Of a DNA stretch of 64,000 nucleotides, positions 1 through 9,482 are shown in pieces (positions within the stretch are counted from its first letter, which is position 1; each line of letters begins with the position of its first letter). The stretch covers positions 192,001 to 256,000 of the forward strand of contig CAWFQK010000003.1 in the NCBI GenBank assembly GCA_963817955.1. The letters run 5' to 3'. The notes under the pieces are model-generated. The model ran no database searches. It was not told the DNA's origin and worked only from the letters and a program-made list of their open reading frames with translations. A program made the position numbers and the translations under genes. This DNA is from an uncultured Gemmatimonadaceae bacterium (lineage in GTDB: Bacteria; Gemmatimonadota; Gemmatimonadetes; Gemmatimonadales; Gemmatimonadaceae).

Positions 1-128
1 CGCTCTCTGACATATTGAGATGTGTGTTGTGCGTATAATGCCAAGCAGGTGGTCACTATACGCTGCGGAAGCGTACAATACAACCGCGACGCGAGCAGCG
101 TAGCACCACGGAACTTACGCCGTCGTCG

Positions 129-1583
129 TCACGTGACGCCGAGCATGGCGCGGCCGACGGTGTCTCGGTCAAGCGGGCATTCGCGAACCGTTCCGCCGTG
201 AATCACCAACACGCGCGTCGCGAGACTGAGCACCTCATCGAGATCGCTCGAGTACACCACCACGGCCGCGCCGCGTGTTGCCGCACTGCGTAGGTGTTCA
301 TGCACCGCGCGCGTCGCGCGAATGTCGAGACCGCGTGTCGGGTTCTCTGCCACGAGGAGAAGCGGCTCGCCGTCGAGCTCTCGCGCCAGCACGAGCTTTT
401 GCTGGTTGCCGCCCGACAGGGATCGCGCCAGCGTGGTGGGGTCGCCGCCGCGCACATCGAATGTTCTGACAAGCCGGTCTGATCTTCGCCGGATGTCTTT
501 CAGTCGCAACCGCCCCCGCCGCGTGCCGGCGTTCTTGAGCGCCACGTTCTCCGCGAGCCCAAAGTCGAGGACGAGCGCGTCGCGAAGCCGGTCCTCGGGT
601 ACGAAGCCGATGGCACTCGGTGCGCGCAACTCGCCGCTCGTGGGACGAAGCCGGCCGGCGAGCGCACGCAACAGCTCGTGTTGGCCGGCGCCTTCGACGG
701 CGGCGATGCCGACGATCTGGCCCGCGGCAATCTCGAATGTGGCGCCGCGAACGACGCTGGCGCCACGCGAATCCGAGATGTTCACGTTCGTTGCACGCAC
801 GATGATTGATGCCGGTCTGTCCTCTCCCCTGACCGCAGCTTCGGCTGGCATGTCTTCGCCGAGCATCGCGGAAGCGAGCGCACCTGTCGTAACGTCAAAG
901 GCCTTGCTCCGCAGGGTCACGCGTCCTCGGCGAAGCACGGTGACCTCGTCGGCCACGGCAAGCGCCTCTTTGAGTTTGTGTGTGATCAAGACGACGGCGT
1001 TCCCCTGGGTGGCGAAGGTGCGGAGCCAGCGGAGCAACTCCTCGGCTTCGGCCGGCGCAAGTACGGCCGTCGGCTCGTCGAGAATCAACACGCCGGCATC
1101 GCGCGCCAGCGCTTTGACGATCTCGAGCCGCTGCTGCGCACCGACTGGCAGGTCTTCGGCGCGAACGTCAGGATCCAACGTCAACCCGGTACGCTCGGCG
1201 ATCTCGCGCACGCGCGCCGCAGCCGCACCCTTCCGGAATCGTCCGCTGCCGCCGAGCGCGACGTTCTCCGCCACGGTCATCGCCGGCACGTTCGTAAAGT
1301 GCTGATGGACCATGCCGATGCCGGCGGCGATGGCGTCGGCCGGAGACGCAAGAATGTGAGTGCGGCCGACGATCACCACGTTTCCAGCATCCGGAGCCAA
1401 CAGCCCGAACGCAACGCGCATGAGCGTTGTCTTTCCCGCACCGTTCTCGCCGAGCAGCGCGTGCACCGTGCCGCGACGCAGCGCGAACGACACGTTGTCG
1501 AGCGCCGCCGTAGCGCCGAACCGTTTTGTGATGCCGGTGAGCGCGAGCACGACGTCGTCGCGCATCGCCGCTTCGGTGATCAC
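129..1583 (-). CDS. ABC transporter ATP-binding protein (two-domain sugar/nucleoside type)
   Basis: Walker A GENGAGKT, GMVHQHF Q-loop, LILDEPT and second-domain LSGGNQQK; GTG start overlaps the upstream stop. Confidence 0.92.
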   Translation of the reverse strand: MITEAAMRDDVVLALTGITKRFGATAALDNVSFALRRGTVHALLGENGAGKTTLMRVAFGLLAPDAGNVVIVGRTHILASPADAIAAGIGMVHQHFTNVPAMTVAENVALGGSGRFRKGAAAARVREIAERTGLTLDPDVRAEDLPVGAQQRLEIVKALARDAGVLILDEPTAVLAPAEAEELLRWLRTFATQGNAVVLITHKLKEALAVADEVTVLRRGRVTLRSKAFDVTTGALASAMLGEDMPAEAAVRGEDRPASIIVRATNVNISDSRGASVVRGATFEIAAGQIVGIAAVEGAGQHELLRALAGRLRPTSGELRAPSAIGFVPEDRLRDALVLDFGLAENVALKNAGTRRGRLRLKDIRRRSDRLVRTFDVRGGDPTTLARSLSGGNQQKLVLARELDGEPLLLVAENPTRGLDIRATRAVHEHLRSAATRGAAVVVYSSDLDEVLSLATRVLVIHGGTVRECPLDRDTVGRAMLGVT

Positions 1584-2353
1584 AGGCCGGTGGGAGCGTC
1601 GATGAAGGTAGATGTCATGCCAAACGCCGACGCGAGTCGCTCGCCCAATGCACGTACGCCGAGCGTTTCCGTGGCATAATGGCCTGCATAGAGAACGACT
1701 ATTCCCAGCTCGCGCGCCTCGACGGCGGTGTGATGCGGTCCTTCGCCGACGATCACCGTGTCGATTCCGCGCTGTGCCGCTTCACGCAGTGTGGACGAGT
1801 CGGCACCTGCGCCGGTGCACACTCCCCACCGGCGAGTAATGCGATCACCGTCGAAGGGGGTGGCTACCAAGCGACCGCCGTGCTCCTGCGCCAACTCCTC
1901 GGCGCGTTCAGCAATGATCCGCGTCGGAAGATCGGCGTCGCCGCTAAGGCCCACATCGATTGTCTGGTACTTGGCGAAGCCGCCGGACGGGGTGAGGCCG
2001 AGCCGTTTTGCCAGCAGCGCGTTATTGCCGATTTCCGGATGCACGTCGAGCGGCAGGTGCGCCGCATAGACAGCCACGTCGTGGGTGATGAGCGCCGAAA
2101 GGCGTTTGTGGCGATGCGCGGTGATCGGCTGCACACCGCCCCAAAACATTCCGTGGTGCACCAGGAGGAGGCGCGCGCCGGCGTCGATTGCGCCATTTAC
2201 GGTATCAGTAGAGAAATCCACTGCCGTGGCGATCTGCTCGATGTTCTTGGCGTTCGCCAACTGCACGCCATTCACGGCATTGGGATAATCAGGAACGCCG
2301 CCAATGTGCAGCGTGGTGTCGAGAAAGTGCGCGAGCTCGGCGAGTGCGGGCAT
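1580..2353 (-). CDS. Nif3-like dinuclear metal-centre protein (YbgI/DUF34 family)
   Basis: NGVQ, LLVHHG, HLPLDVHPEIGNN and GHYATE motifs. Confidence 0.9.
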   Translation of the reverse strand: MPALAELAHFLDTTLHIGGVPDYPNAVNGVQLANAKNIEQIATAVDFSTDTVNGAIDAGARLLLVHHGMFWGGVQPITAHRHKRLSALITHDVAVYAAHLPLDVHPEIGNNALLAKRLGLTPSGGFAKYQTIDVGLSGDADLPTRIIAERAEELAQEHGGRLVATPFDGDRITRRWGVCTGAGADSSTLREAAQRGIDTVIVGEGPHHTAVEARELGIVVLYAGHYATETLGVRALGERLASAFGMTSTFIDAPTGL

Positions 2354-2355
2354 GG

Positions 2356-3417
2356 TCAGGGTTTCGCAGGCGCGTGATCGAGTGGTACCGAATACTGGCC
2401 GGCGAGCATGCGTGATTGCAAAGAGTCGATGTGCGCGCGTGTCGCGGCAGGGACCTTTGCCTGGAGGGCCGGGTTCAGCACGAGCGTAACGACGTGGCTC
2501 TTCTCTCCCAACTCAATGACCCCGGGCTTGAATGTGCCGTCCTTGACCGCGCGCGCGATCGTCAGGAACGCACGCGGGAGATCGATGACGACGCTGGCGA
2601 GCGTGACATCTGGCGCAACATCATTCTGGTTGGAGTTGGAGCCAATGACGTAGGTGTCCTTGGTTTCTCTCGCGGCCTGGAAGACGCCCAGTCCCGCGGC
2701 ATCCGCGTTCTGGAAGATGACGTCGGCGCCTTGTGACAGTTGCGCGAGCGCCTGTTCCTTGCCGGCGCTTACGTCGTCCCAGTTGCCGATGTACGACGTT
2801 ATGATCTTGATGTTGGGATTCACGTCGTGCGCACCTTTCTCAAAGGCCCGAAAGCTTTCGACCACCGGTGGTAACGCGGTTCCGCCGAGCACACCGAGTT
2901 TGTTCGTCTTCGTCACGGACGCGGCGAGGATGCCAGCGAGGTACGAAGCGTCGGCGAAGGCGAAGGTCATGCCTGCGAGGTTGGGACCTGACGTCGTGCC
3001 GGATGTCGTCACATATATGGTATGCGGGAACTCGGGTGCGACGCGGCGGGCTGCGTCCTGAAACTCGAATCCATGACCGAACACCAACGTGTAGCCCTGC
3101 GCGCCGTACTGCCGGAAGTTTTCCTCGAATTCAGCCGGGGTCTTTGTCTGGATATGGCTGACCTGGGCGCCGAGGGAGTCGCGGATTTGTAGGAGGCCTT
3201 GGTAGGCACCGCCGTTCCATGATTGGTCGGAGACCGGTCCCGGCGTGAGCAGCGCGACTTTGAACGACGTGGCGTGCGTGGTGTCGCCAGACGTTGGTTT
3301 CGCCTGACGGTTGCAGGCGGCGATGGCAGCAAGCGTGACGAGCGAAGCCGTCACGATAGAGCCTCGTCGGCCGTTATACAGGCGCCTTAGTGGCGCCAGG
3401 TTGGGTTCAAAAATCAC
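2356..3417 (-). CDS. BMP-family ABC substrate-binding lipoprotein (probably nucleosides)
   Basis: Lipobox AIAAC, DQSWN, GHGFEF, YLAG and GADVIF motifs; exact start uncertain. Confidence 0.88.
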   Translation of the reverse strand: MIFEPNLAPLRRLYNGRRGSIVTASLVTLAAIAACNRQAKPTSGDTTHATSFKVALLTPGPVSDQSWNGGAYQGLLQIRDSLGAQVSHIQTKTPAEFEENFRQYGAQGYTLVFGHGFEFQDAARRVAPEFPHTIYVTTSGTTSGPNLAGMTFAFADASYLAGILAASVTKTNKLGVLGGTALPPVVESFRAFEKGAHDVNPNIKIITSYIGNWDDVSAGKEQALAQLSQGADVIFQNADAAGLGVFQAARETKDTYVIGSNSNQNDVAPDVTLASVVIDLPRAFLTIARAVKDGTFKPGVIELGEKSHVVTLVLNPALQAKVPAATRAHIDSLQSRMLAGQYSVPLDHAPAKP

Positions 3418-4324
3418 GCCTCTGCTCCCTGAGGATCAGGTCGAGCATGCGGTCGAGATCGTCGGCAGAGTAGAACGATATCTCGATTTTACCCTTGGAT
3501 TCGCCGGACAAATGGACGTGGACGTCCGTCTGGAGGTACCGGCGGAGGTCGTCCTGAATACGCCGGACCGTCGGATCTACCGTTGAAGGAGATTGTGCCT
3601 TTGGCTGTGTTGCACGCGCCTTGTTCCGCTCGATAGACGGAGGGGCTGGTACGCCGCTGAGCACGCGGACGTATTGCTCGAGCTCGCGGACCGACAGACC
3701 GCGCTGTGCAGCCGCGCTTGCTACTTCGGCCGCAGAGATAGATGGGCTGAGGGCGAGCAACGCACGGGCGTGTCCGGTGGTGAGCGTTCCCTGCTCAACC
3801 ATCTGCTGCACGGCGTCAGGTAATGTGAGCACTCGCAACAGGTTGGTGACCGTTGTGCGGTCTTTTCCAACGACCTCGGCCACCTGCTGCTGGGTGAGTT
3901 GGAACTCGTCTATCAACCGGCGATAGCCGCGCGCCTCTTCGATCGCGTTGAGATTGGCTCGCTGCAGGTTCTCGACGAGCGCGAGCACGAGCATCGTGCG
4001 ATCGTCGAAGCTGCGAACAATGGCCGAGATCTCGGTCCAGCCAAGGTTGGTGGCGGCGCGAAAGCGGCGTTCACCGGCGATGAGCTCATAGGCATCGCCG
4101 CGTTGGCGAACGGTGATTGGCTGGAGCAGTCCGCTCGTTTTCAGCGAGGCCTCGAGCTCGGCGAGCTCGGTGGGATCGAACTCTCGGCGGGGCTGAAATG
4201 GATTGGGCCGAACGCGTGCGATGGCGATGCGCTGGAGGTCGCTCGCCGGCGCGCTCGGCGATGCAGCCGAGCCAATCAGCGCTTCGAGCCCGCGTCCAAG
4301 ACGGCGGGGCTTTTCGCTGGTCAC
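3407..4324 (-). CDS. parB: Chromosome partitioning protein ParB
   Basis: LGRGLEALI, NPFQPR, LIAGERR and ALVENLQR motifs plus HTH. Confidence 0.96.
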   Translation of the reverse strand: MTSEKPRRLGRGLEALIGSAASPSAPASDLQRIAIARVRPNPFQPRREFDPTELAELEASLKTSGLLQPITVRQRGDAYELIAGERRFRAATNLGWTEISAIVRSFDDRTMLVLALVENLQRANLNAIEEARGYRRLIDEFQLTQQQVAEVVGKDRTTVTNLLRVLTLPDAVQQMVEQGTLTTGHARALLALSPSISAAEVASAAAQRGLSVRELEQYVRVLSGVPAPPSIERNKARATQPKAQSPSTVDPTVRRIQDDLRRYLQTDVHVHLSGESKGKIEISFYSADDLDRMLDLILREQRRDF

Positions 4325-5088
4325 TTGCGCCTCGCGATAAGTTCTTTGGCGACACTCATATACGCCTGTGCGCCGACCGAAGCAACGTCGTACAGGATGA
4401 TCGGCTTTCCGAAGCTCGGTGCCTCTGCTAAACGGACGTTTCTCGGGACGACGGCGTCAAAGACCTGCGATCCGAAATACTCGCGTGCCTCGCTGGCAAC
4501 TTGCCGCGACAGGTTCAAGCGGGCGTCGTACATGGTCAAGAGCACGCCGTCGATCGCCAGTTCTGGGTTTACGCTGTGCTGAACCAGGTGCACGGTGTTG
4601 AGTAGCTGAGACAGCCCCTCAAGCGCGTAGTACTCGCACTGGAGCGGGATCAGCAACGCGTCGGCAGCCGCTAGCATGTTCAGCGTGATCAAGCCGAGCG
4701 ATGGCGGGCAATCGATCAGGACATAATCGTAATTCTGCGCAACGGACGCGACCGCAGTGCGCATCATCAGCTCGCGATTTGGTCGGTCGACAAGCTCGAC
4801 CTCTGCGCCGGCGAGATCGGGCGTTGCGGGCACCACATCCATGTGCTTGAAGTGCACCTGTCGTATTGTCGCGTCCGCGATTGTGCGGTCGCCGATGAGC
4901 ACGTCGTACACGGTGGGTCCGAGCTGATCGCGTAGGAGCCCGACGCCGCTGGTCGCGTTGCCCTGTGGATCGCCATCGATGAGCAGGGTTCTTTGCTCCG
5001 CGGCAGCGAGGCTGGCAGCGAGGTTGACGGCGGTGGTCGTCTTACCGACGCCGCCCTTCTGGTTTGCGATCGCTATGACGCGAGCCAC
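4321..5088 (-). CDS. parA: Chromosome partitioning ATPase ParA/Soj
   Basis: NQKGGVGKTTT, DPQGN, DCPPSLG and EAPSFG motifs; GTG start at 5088 chosen over 5139. Confidence 0.96.
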   Translation of the reverse strand: MARVIAIANQKGGVGKTTTAVNLAASLAAAEQRTLLIDGDPQGNATSGVGLLRDQLGPTVYDVLIGDRTIADATIRQVHFKHMDVVPATPDLAGAEVELVDRPNRELMMRTAVASVAQNYDYVLIDCPPSLGLITLNMLAAADALLIPLQCEYYALEGLSQLLNTVHLVQHSVNPELAIDGVLLTMYDARLNLSRQVASEAREYFGSQVFDAVVPRNVRLAEAPSFGKPIILYDVASVGAQAYMSVAKELIARRK

Positions 5089-5198
5089 TATTTGCGAAGC
5101 TGAAAGAGGGTGTCGTGCCCACGCAGCGAAACGTCGCATGCGATTGGGGTAATTCGGGCCGACGGCGCCAATCTATTCCCCAGTAGGGCGCGAAACAA

Positions 5199-5214
5199 CG
5201 TGCCACGTGGCACA
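5199..5214. promoter_or_regulatory. parS-like palindrome 1 (cGTGCCACGTGGCACa)
   Basis: Perfect 14-bp palindrome with the CACGTG core of parS, directly upstream of parA. Confidence 0.7.
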
Positions 5215-5225
5215 ACAGCACATGC

Positions 5226-5254
5226 AGGTCCTTCGCCTTCGGCTCAGGATGACA
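5226..5254 (-). repeat. REP-like repeat TGTCATCCTGAGCCGAAGGCGAAGGACCT
   Basis: Closely similar copy at 39136-39162 on the + strand. Confidence 0.7.
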
Positions 5255-5261
5255 ACCTCTA

Positions 5262-5277
5262 TGTGCCACGTGGCACT
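5262..5277. promoter_or_regulatory. parS-like palindrome 2 (tGTGCCACGTGGCACt)
   Basis: Identical 14-bp palindrome 63 bp from the first. Confidence 0.7.
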
Positions 5278-5290
5278 TACTTCCGATCGA

Positions 5291-6061
5291 CTATCGCTGC
5301 GGAAGGAATGTCCAGCGTGCCGACACGGTCGTGGTGACAGCCTGCTGCCCCGGCTCGATGGGCGTGGGGGCGAATGCATCCGCCGTCATCCGCGCCATCG
5401 CCATCTCGGTCCGCGGCATCTGGAACGATGAGGTCTGTAGCTCGAGCAAGGGACCGAGCGCTCCGCCGGCAGCTCGCGCGAGCGTCTCCGCGTCGGCCCG
5501 AGCGTTGACCACCGCAGCGGCAAGTGCCGCGCGTCGAGCCGAATCGGCCTTGGATGAGTAAAATTGGAGGCTGGAAATCTGGTTCGCGCCCTTGGCGAGC
5601 GCTGCGTCGATCAGCCGGCCGACGTCGTCCAGCTTTCGAACTTCCGCGCGGACGGTGTTGGTGACGGTGTAGCCAGTCACTCTGGGCGGAATCTGCCCGT
5701 TCGGACTGTACTGCATCTCCGGCGACACACTGTAGTTGATGGTCGATAGCTCGTCGCCCGTGAGACCGAGCGCGCGAAGCGTGTCGAGGATCGCCCGTTG
5801 ACGGCGAGCGTTATCGATGCCGGCAGCAGCAGCGGTCGTTGCCCGGCTCTGTACTCCGATAAAGATTGTTGCGCGATCGGGCGAGACGCGGGCTTCGCCC
5901 GAACCCGTCGTGATGATCTGGGGCGGCGCAGCGGCGGTCTGCGCCGAAGCGCGCGTCGTCGTCGCCGAGGCTGCCGCGGCGACGACGCCTGCCGTGAGTA
6001 TCCAGGTACGCAAACCAAGTCTCCGTGTGAGTGGGTGTGGCGAGCTGACGAGTGCCCGCAA
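5291..6061 (-). CDS. SIMPL/DUF541 domain periplasmic protein
   Basis: Signal peptide; ITTGSGEARVSPDRA, GYTVTN, GANQI and IEPGQQ motifs. Confidence 0.88.
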   Translation of the reverse strand: MRALVSSPHPLTRRLGLRTWILTAGVVAAAASATTTRASAQTAAAPPQIITTGSGEARVSPDRATIFIGVQSRATTAAAAGIDNARRQRAILDTLRALGLTGDELSTINYSVSPEMQYSPNGQIPPRVTGYTVTNTVRAEVRKLDDVGRLIDAALAKGANQISSLQFYSSKADSARRAALAAAVVNARADAETLARAAGGALGPLLELQTSSFQMPRTEMAMARMTADAFAPTPIEPGQQAVTTTVSARWTFLPQR

Positions 6062-6133
6062 GGCTCGTGCTCGATATTAATGCGCAAGTCGATACTAATT
6101 GCGAGCGCGCAATGGTCTGAGACCCTGAACGGG

Positions 6134-8074
6134 TCAGCGCGCCTCCGATCTGCGGCGCCGCTTCTCGATCTCGAGCACGAGGTTCTGTAGGTCCGTGGGG
6201 CTGACACCGGGAATGCGCGCCGCCTGGGCCAACGTCCCCGGGCGAATGGCGGCGAGCTTCTGCCGCGATTCGAAGGACAGCGACACCATGTCTCCGTACG
6301 GAACGCTCGCATCGAGGGCGAATTGCCCCAGGCGACGCATCTTTGCTGCCTGATCGCGCTCGCGGATGAAGTAGCCCGCGTACTTGAGCTCCAGTTCCGC
6401 CGTGATGATCGCATCGCGCTGCAGGTCCTGTCCGACGTGCGCGGCATCAAACAACTCTGATAAATAAACTCTCTGACGCCTGGCTACCTCGGCGATCTTC
6501 ACGGAATGCGCCAGCGGCGCGCTGTCGGCGCGCACCAGCAGTGGATCGGCCTGCGCCGGTACGATGCTCGTCGCCTCGGCCAGTGCGCGCGCTCGGTCTT
6601 CGTGCGCGAATCGTACGTCGATCATCGCGCGCTCGGTGTCGCTGAACAACCCAGCTTCGAGTGCGATCGGCGCAAGGCGGCGCAGGGCGTTGTCCTGGCG
6701 CACCGTCAAGCGGAACTCGGAACGCGACGTGAACAAGCGATACGGCTCGTCGACGCCGCGGGTGACCAGATCGTCGATCAGCACACCGATGTACGACGTC
6801 TCGCGCCCGAGCACGAGGCTCGAAGCGCCGAGGGCCCGGCGCGCGGCGTTCAATCCGGCAACGACGCCCTGCCCTGCGGCTTCCTCGTAGCCCGTGGTGC
6901 CGTTGATCTGTCCTGCGAAGAACAGGCCTGGCAGCGCCTTCACCTGCAGGGTCGCGTCGAGCTGCGTCGGCGGGTAGTAGTCGTATTCAATCGCATATCC
7001 GGCGCGCGTCATGCGTGCCTGCTCCAGGCCCGGCACGGTATGCAGTACGTCGAGTTGTACCTCCGCGGGAAGTGACGTGGAGAGACCGTTGACGTACAGT
7101 TCCGTCGTGTCGTGGCCCTCCGGCTCGAGGAAGAGCTGGTGGCGTTCCGCCGCAGGGAACTTCACGATCTTGTCCTCGACCGAGGGACAGTAGCGCGGTC
7201 CGCGAGCACCAATGGCGCCACCATACATTGCCGACCGGCCAATGTTCTCCTGGATCACGCGCTTGCCGTCCTCCCCGAGGAACGTGATCCAGCACGGCAT
7301 CTGCGTCGGATGGCGAGTGACCTCGCCCACTCGCCGAGCCGTCGTCCAGAAGTGCGACCACGAATAATCGAACGCTTCGATCTCCGTTTCTTGCCGAGCG
7401 AGGCGCGAGTAGTCCACAGATCGACCATCGATGCGCGGCGGCGTCCCTGTCTTGAATCGATCGACGACGAGTCCCAGCTGCTCGAGTTGCTCGGCGAGAT
7501 GTGTCGCCGACGATTCCCCTGCGCGGCCTCCAGCGATCTTCGTCTCAGTGCCGATGTAAATGCGCCCACGCAGGAACGTTCCGGTGGTGATCACAACGGA
7601 GGTCGCGCCGAAGCGGCGTCCCTCGAGCGTTTCCACGCCGGCGACGGCGCCGGTTGCCGAGTCGGTGAGCAGGCGCGCGACGGTGCCCTGGATTGTCTGA
7701 AGCGCCGCGTGCTCCTCGAGGAGAGCCCGAACGGCGCGCCGATACAATCCGCGATCGCACTGCGCGCGCGGCGACCACACCGCGGGCCCCTTACTGCGAT
7801 TCAGCATGCGAAATTGCAGCGAGGCAAGGTCGGTGGCGCGCGCCATGATCCCGCCCAACGCATCGACTTCCCGGACGACGGTGCCCTTCGCCACACCGCC
7901 GATGGCGGGATTGCACGACATCTGACCGATGGTCTCGAGCGCGCTCGTCACAAGCGCCACCCGCGCGCCGGCGCGTGCGGCCGCGACGGCGGCCTCGGTG
8001 CCGGCGTGTCCCGCCCCAACGACGAGAACGTCGAACGTGGCTTCGAGCTTTCGGGTCGCGTGCGCGGTGGTCAT
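6134..8074 (-). CDS. mnmG: tRNA uridine-34 5-carboxymethylaminomethyl modification enzyme MnmG
   Basis: GAGHAG, MSCNPAIGG, GPRYCPS and GQINGTTGYEEAA motifs; ATG start at 8074 chosen. Confidence 0.97.
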   Translation of the reverse strand: MTTAHATRKLEATFDVLVVGAGHAGTEAAVAAARAGARVALVTSALETIGQMSCNPAIGGVAKGTVVREVDALGGIMARATDLASLQFRMLNRSKGPAVWSPRAQCDRGLYRRAVRALLEEHAALQTIQGTVARLLTDSATGAVAGVETLEGRRFGATSVVITTGTFLRGRIYIGTETKIAGGRAGESSATHLAEQLEQLGLVVDRFKTGTPPRIDGRSVDYSRLARQETEIEAFDYSWSHFWTTARRVGEVTRHPTQMPCWITFLGEDGKRVIQENIGRSAMYGGAIGARGPRYCPSVEDKIVKFPAAERHQLFLEPEGHDTTELYVNGLSTSLPAEVQLDVLHTVPGLEQARMTRAGYAIEYDYYPPTQLDATLQVKALPGLFFAGQINGTTGYEEAAGQGVVAGLNAARRALGASSLVLGRETSYIGVLIDDLVTRGVDEPYRLFTSRSEFRLTVRQDNALRRLAPIALEAGLFSDTERAMIDVRFAHEDRARALAEATSIVPAQADPLLVRADSAPLAHSVKIAEVARRQRVYLSELFDAAHVGQDLQRDAIITAELELKYAGYFIRERDQAAKMRRLGQFALDASVPYGDMVSLSFESRQKLAAIRPGTLAQAARIPGVSPTDLQNLVLEIEKRRRRSEAR

Positions 8075-8163
8075 GCCAAAAGGTATGGTGCCGCACCACA
8101 TGCAGGGAGCACGCGACGCTTGCATATATTGCAGGCCGTCAATTGCACGCAGGGAGTAGAGAG

Positions 8164-8454
8164 ATGGCTCTGAACATCAGCAGCGGCGCGCCCACGTTGT
8201 TCATTCGACGCCCGGCGTACGAATTGAGTGGACTCACGCGGGCCGCGCTCGATGAGCGACTGGGGCTCACGGCAGATGAGTTTCAGGTGGATGGCAACCT
8301 CGTAGCGATCGGTCCCATCTATGGCGCCGATGGGGGAGCCCTTGGCGATCTGATCGCTGAGCTCGAAGGAATGGGCCTGGTGTATTTCGACGACTTTTTC
8401 GAGCTCTCGGGAAACTGGCCGGAGTGGCTCCGACTACACGTCTCCGCTCGTTAA
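8164..8454 (+). CDS. Small hypothetical protein (96 aa)
   Basis: GGGAG/AGAGAG RBS-like sequence before ATG 8164; fills the gap divergent from mnmG. Confidence 0.7.
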   Translation: MALNISSGAPTLFIRRPAYELSGLTRAALDERLGLTADEFQVDGNLVAIGPIYGADGGALGDLIAELEGMGLVYFDDFFELSGNWPEWLRLHVSAR

Positions 8455-8469
8455 TGACCTTCAGAGAGG

Positions 8470-9405
8470 TCATGCGCCGAGGAACTTGCGGAACCAGCCG
8501 ATCGTCAGCGGCCAAGCTTGACCGCTGGCCTTGACGTTGGCGTCGATCGGCGCGCCTGACTGGGGATCGTTGCGCTGACGAAGAAATCCGTGGCCAGCTC
8601 CCTCGAATGTGTGGGGATCGTACGTCTTGCCGTCCGCCTTCATCACCGAGTCGGTAGCGGGGATCGTAGCGCCAATGCGCTGATCGCTGCCGCCGTAGAG
8701 GCCGAGGACAGGCACCTTCACGTTCTTCACCTGTGAGTACTGTGCCGGCGTGATCGATCCGTAATACACTACCGCTGCCGCTAGCCCCTTCGGTGAGAGC
8801 AGTGCGTGGGCGAATGAAGCAGACCCTCCCCAGCAGAACCCGACAATGCCGTACTTCTTCTGTGCGGAGGGCAGGTTCATGCCCCAGTTCGCCACGGCCT
8901 CGAGCTGCCGCTGGTAATCCTCCGGCTTGATGTTTCGGATGGCGGCCGTTGCCGCCTGCGCTGCGACGGTGTCACCCTGAATGTGCTCGACCTTCCCTGT
9001 GAGCAGGTCCGGGGCAATCGCGATGTAGCCGTCGGCGGCGAGCTGATCGGCGACGCCACGAATCCAGGTGGAGAGGCCGTAGATCTCGTGGATCACGACC
9101 ACGACCGGTGCATTCGTGCGCCGCTGCGGGTACACCACCCAGGCGAGTACGCTGTCCGATGGTCCCGTCTTGATCATTTGATATTCGCCATGCCGTGGAG
9201 ACGCGGCGAGCCGCGCGGCAACTTCGGCCGAGCTTGCAGGATATGCCAAGTTCTGCTGCGAGAGCGGCACGGCCACGACTCCTGCTGCCGTACCGGAATC
9301 GTGGTGGCTATGATCGGAGTCCATGGTGCTGGTTCCACGCGCTTCGCAACCGGCGAGAACGCCGAGGGCGACGACGGGGAGCAACCCGAGGGGACGAACG
9401 GTCAT
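8470..9405 (-). CDS. Dienelactone hydrolase family lipoprotein
   Basis: Lipobox LAGC; HEIYG, GFCWGG and GAGHGF motifs; AGGAG RBS. Confidence 0.9.
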   Translation of the reverse strand: MTVRPLGLLPVVALGVLAGCEARGTSTMDSDHSHHDSGTAAGVVAVPLSQQNLAYPASSAEVAARLAASPRHGEYQMIKTGPSDSVLAWVVYPQRRTNAPVVVVIHEIYGLSTWIRGVADQLAADGYIAIAPDLLTGKVEHIQGDTVAAQAATAAIRNIKPEDYQRQLEAVANWGMNLPSAQKKYGIVGFCWGGSASFAHALLSPKGLAAAVVYYGSITPAQYSQVKNVKVPVLGLYGGSDQRIGATIPATDSVMKADGKTYDPHTFEGAGHGFLRQRNDPQSGAPIDANVKASGQAWPLTIGWFRKFLGA

Positions 9406-9482
9406 GCGGCTCTCCTGCTGACGTGGTCAGCGCACCTGAATAGCAAATGAAGCGGTCGAGACTCTATCCGCTCATTTGCAAG

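Noticed and set aside
15..39. sigma70 promoter TTGAGA...TATAAT at the window start
   Set aside because: The spacer is only 13 bp and it would point antisense into the ABC ATPase gene; context is cut off by the window edge
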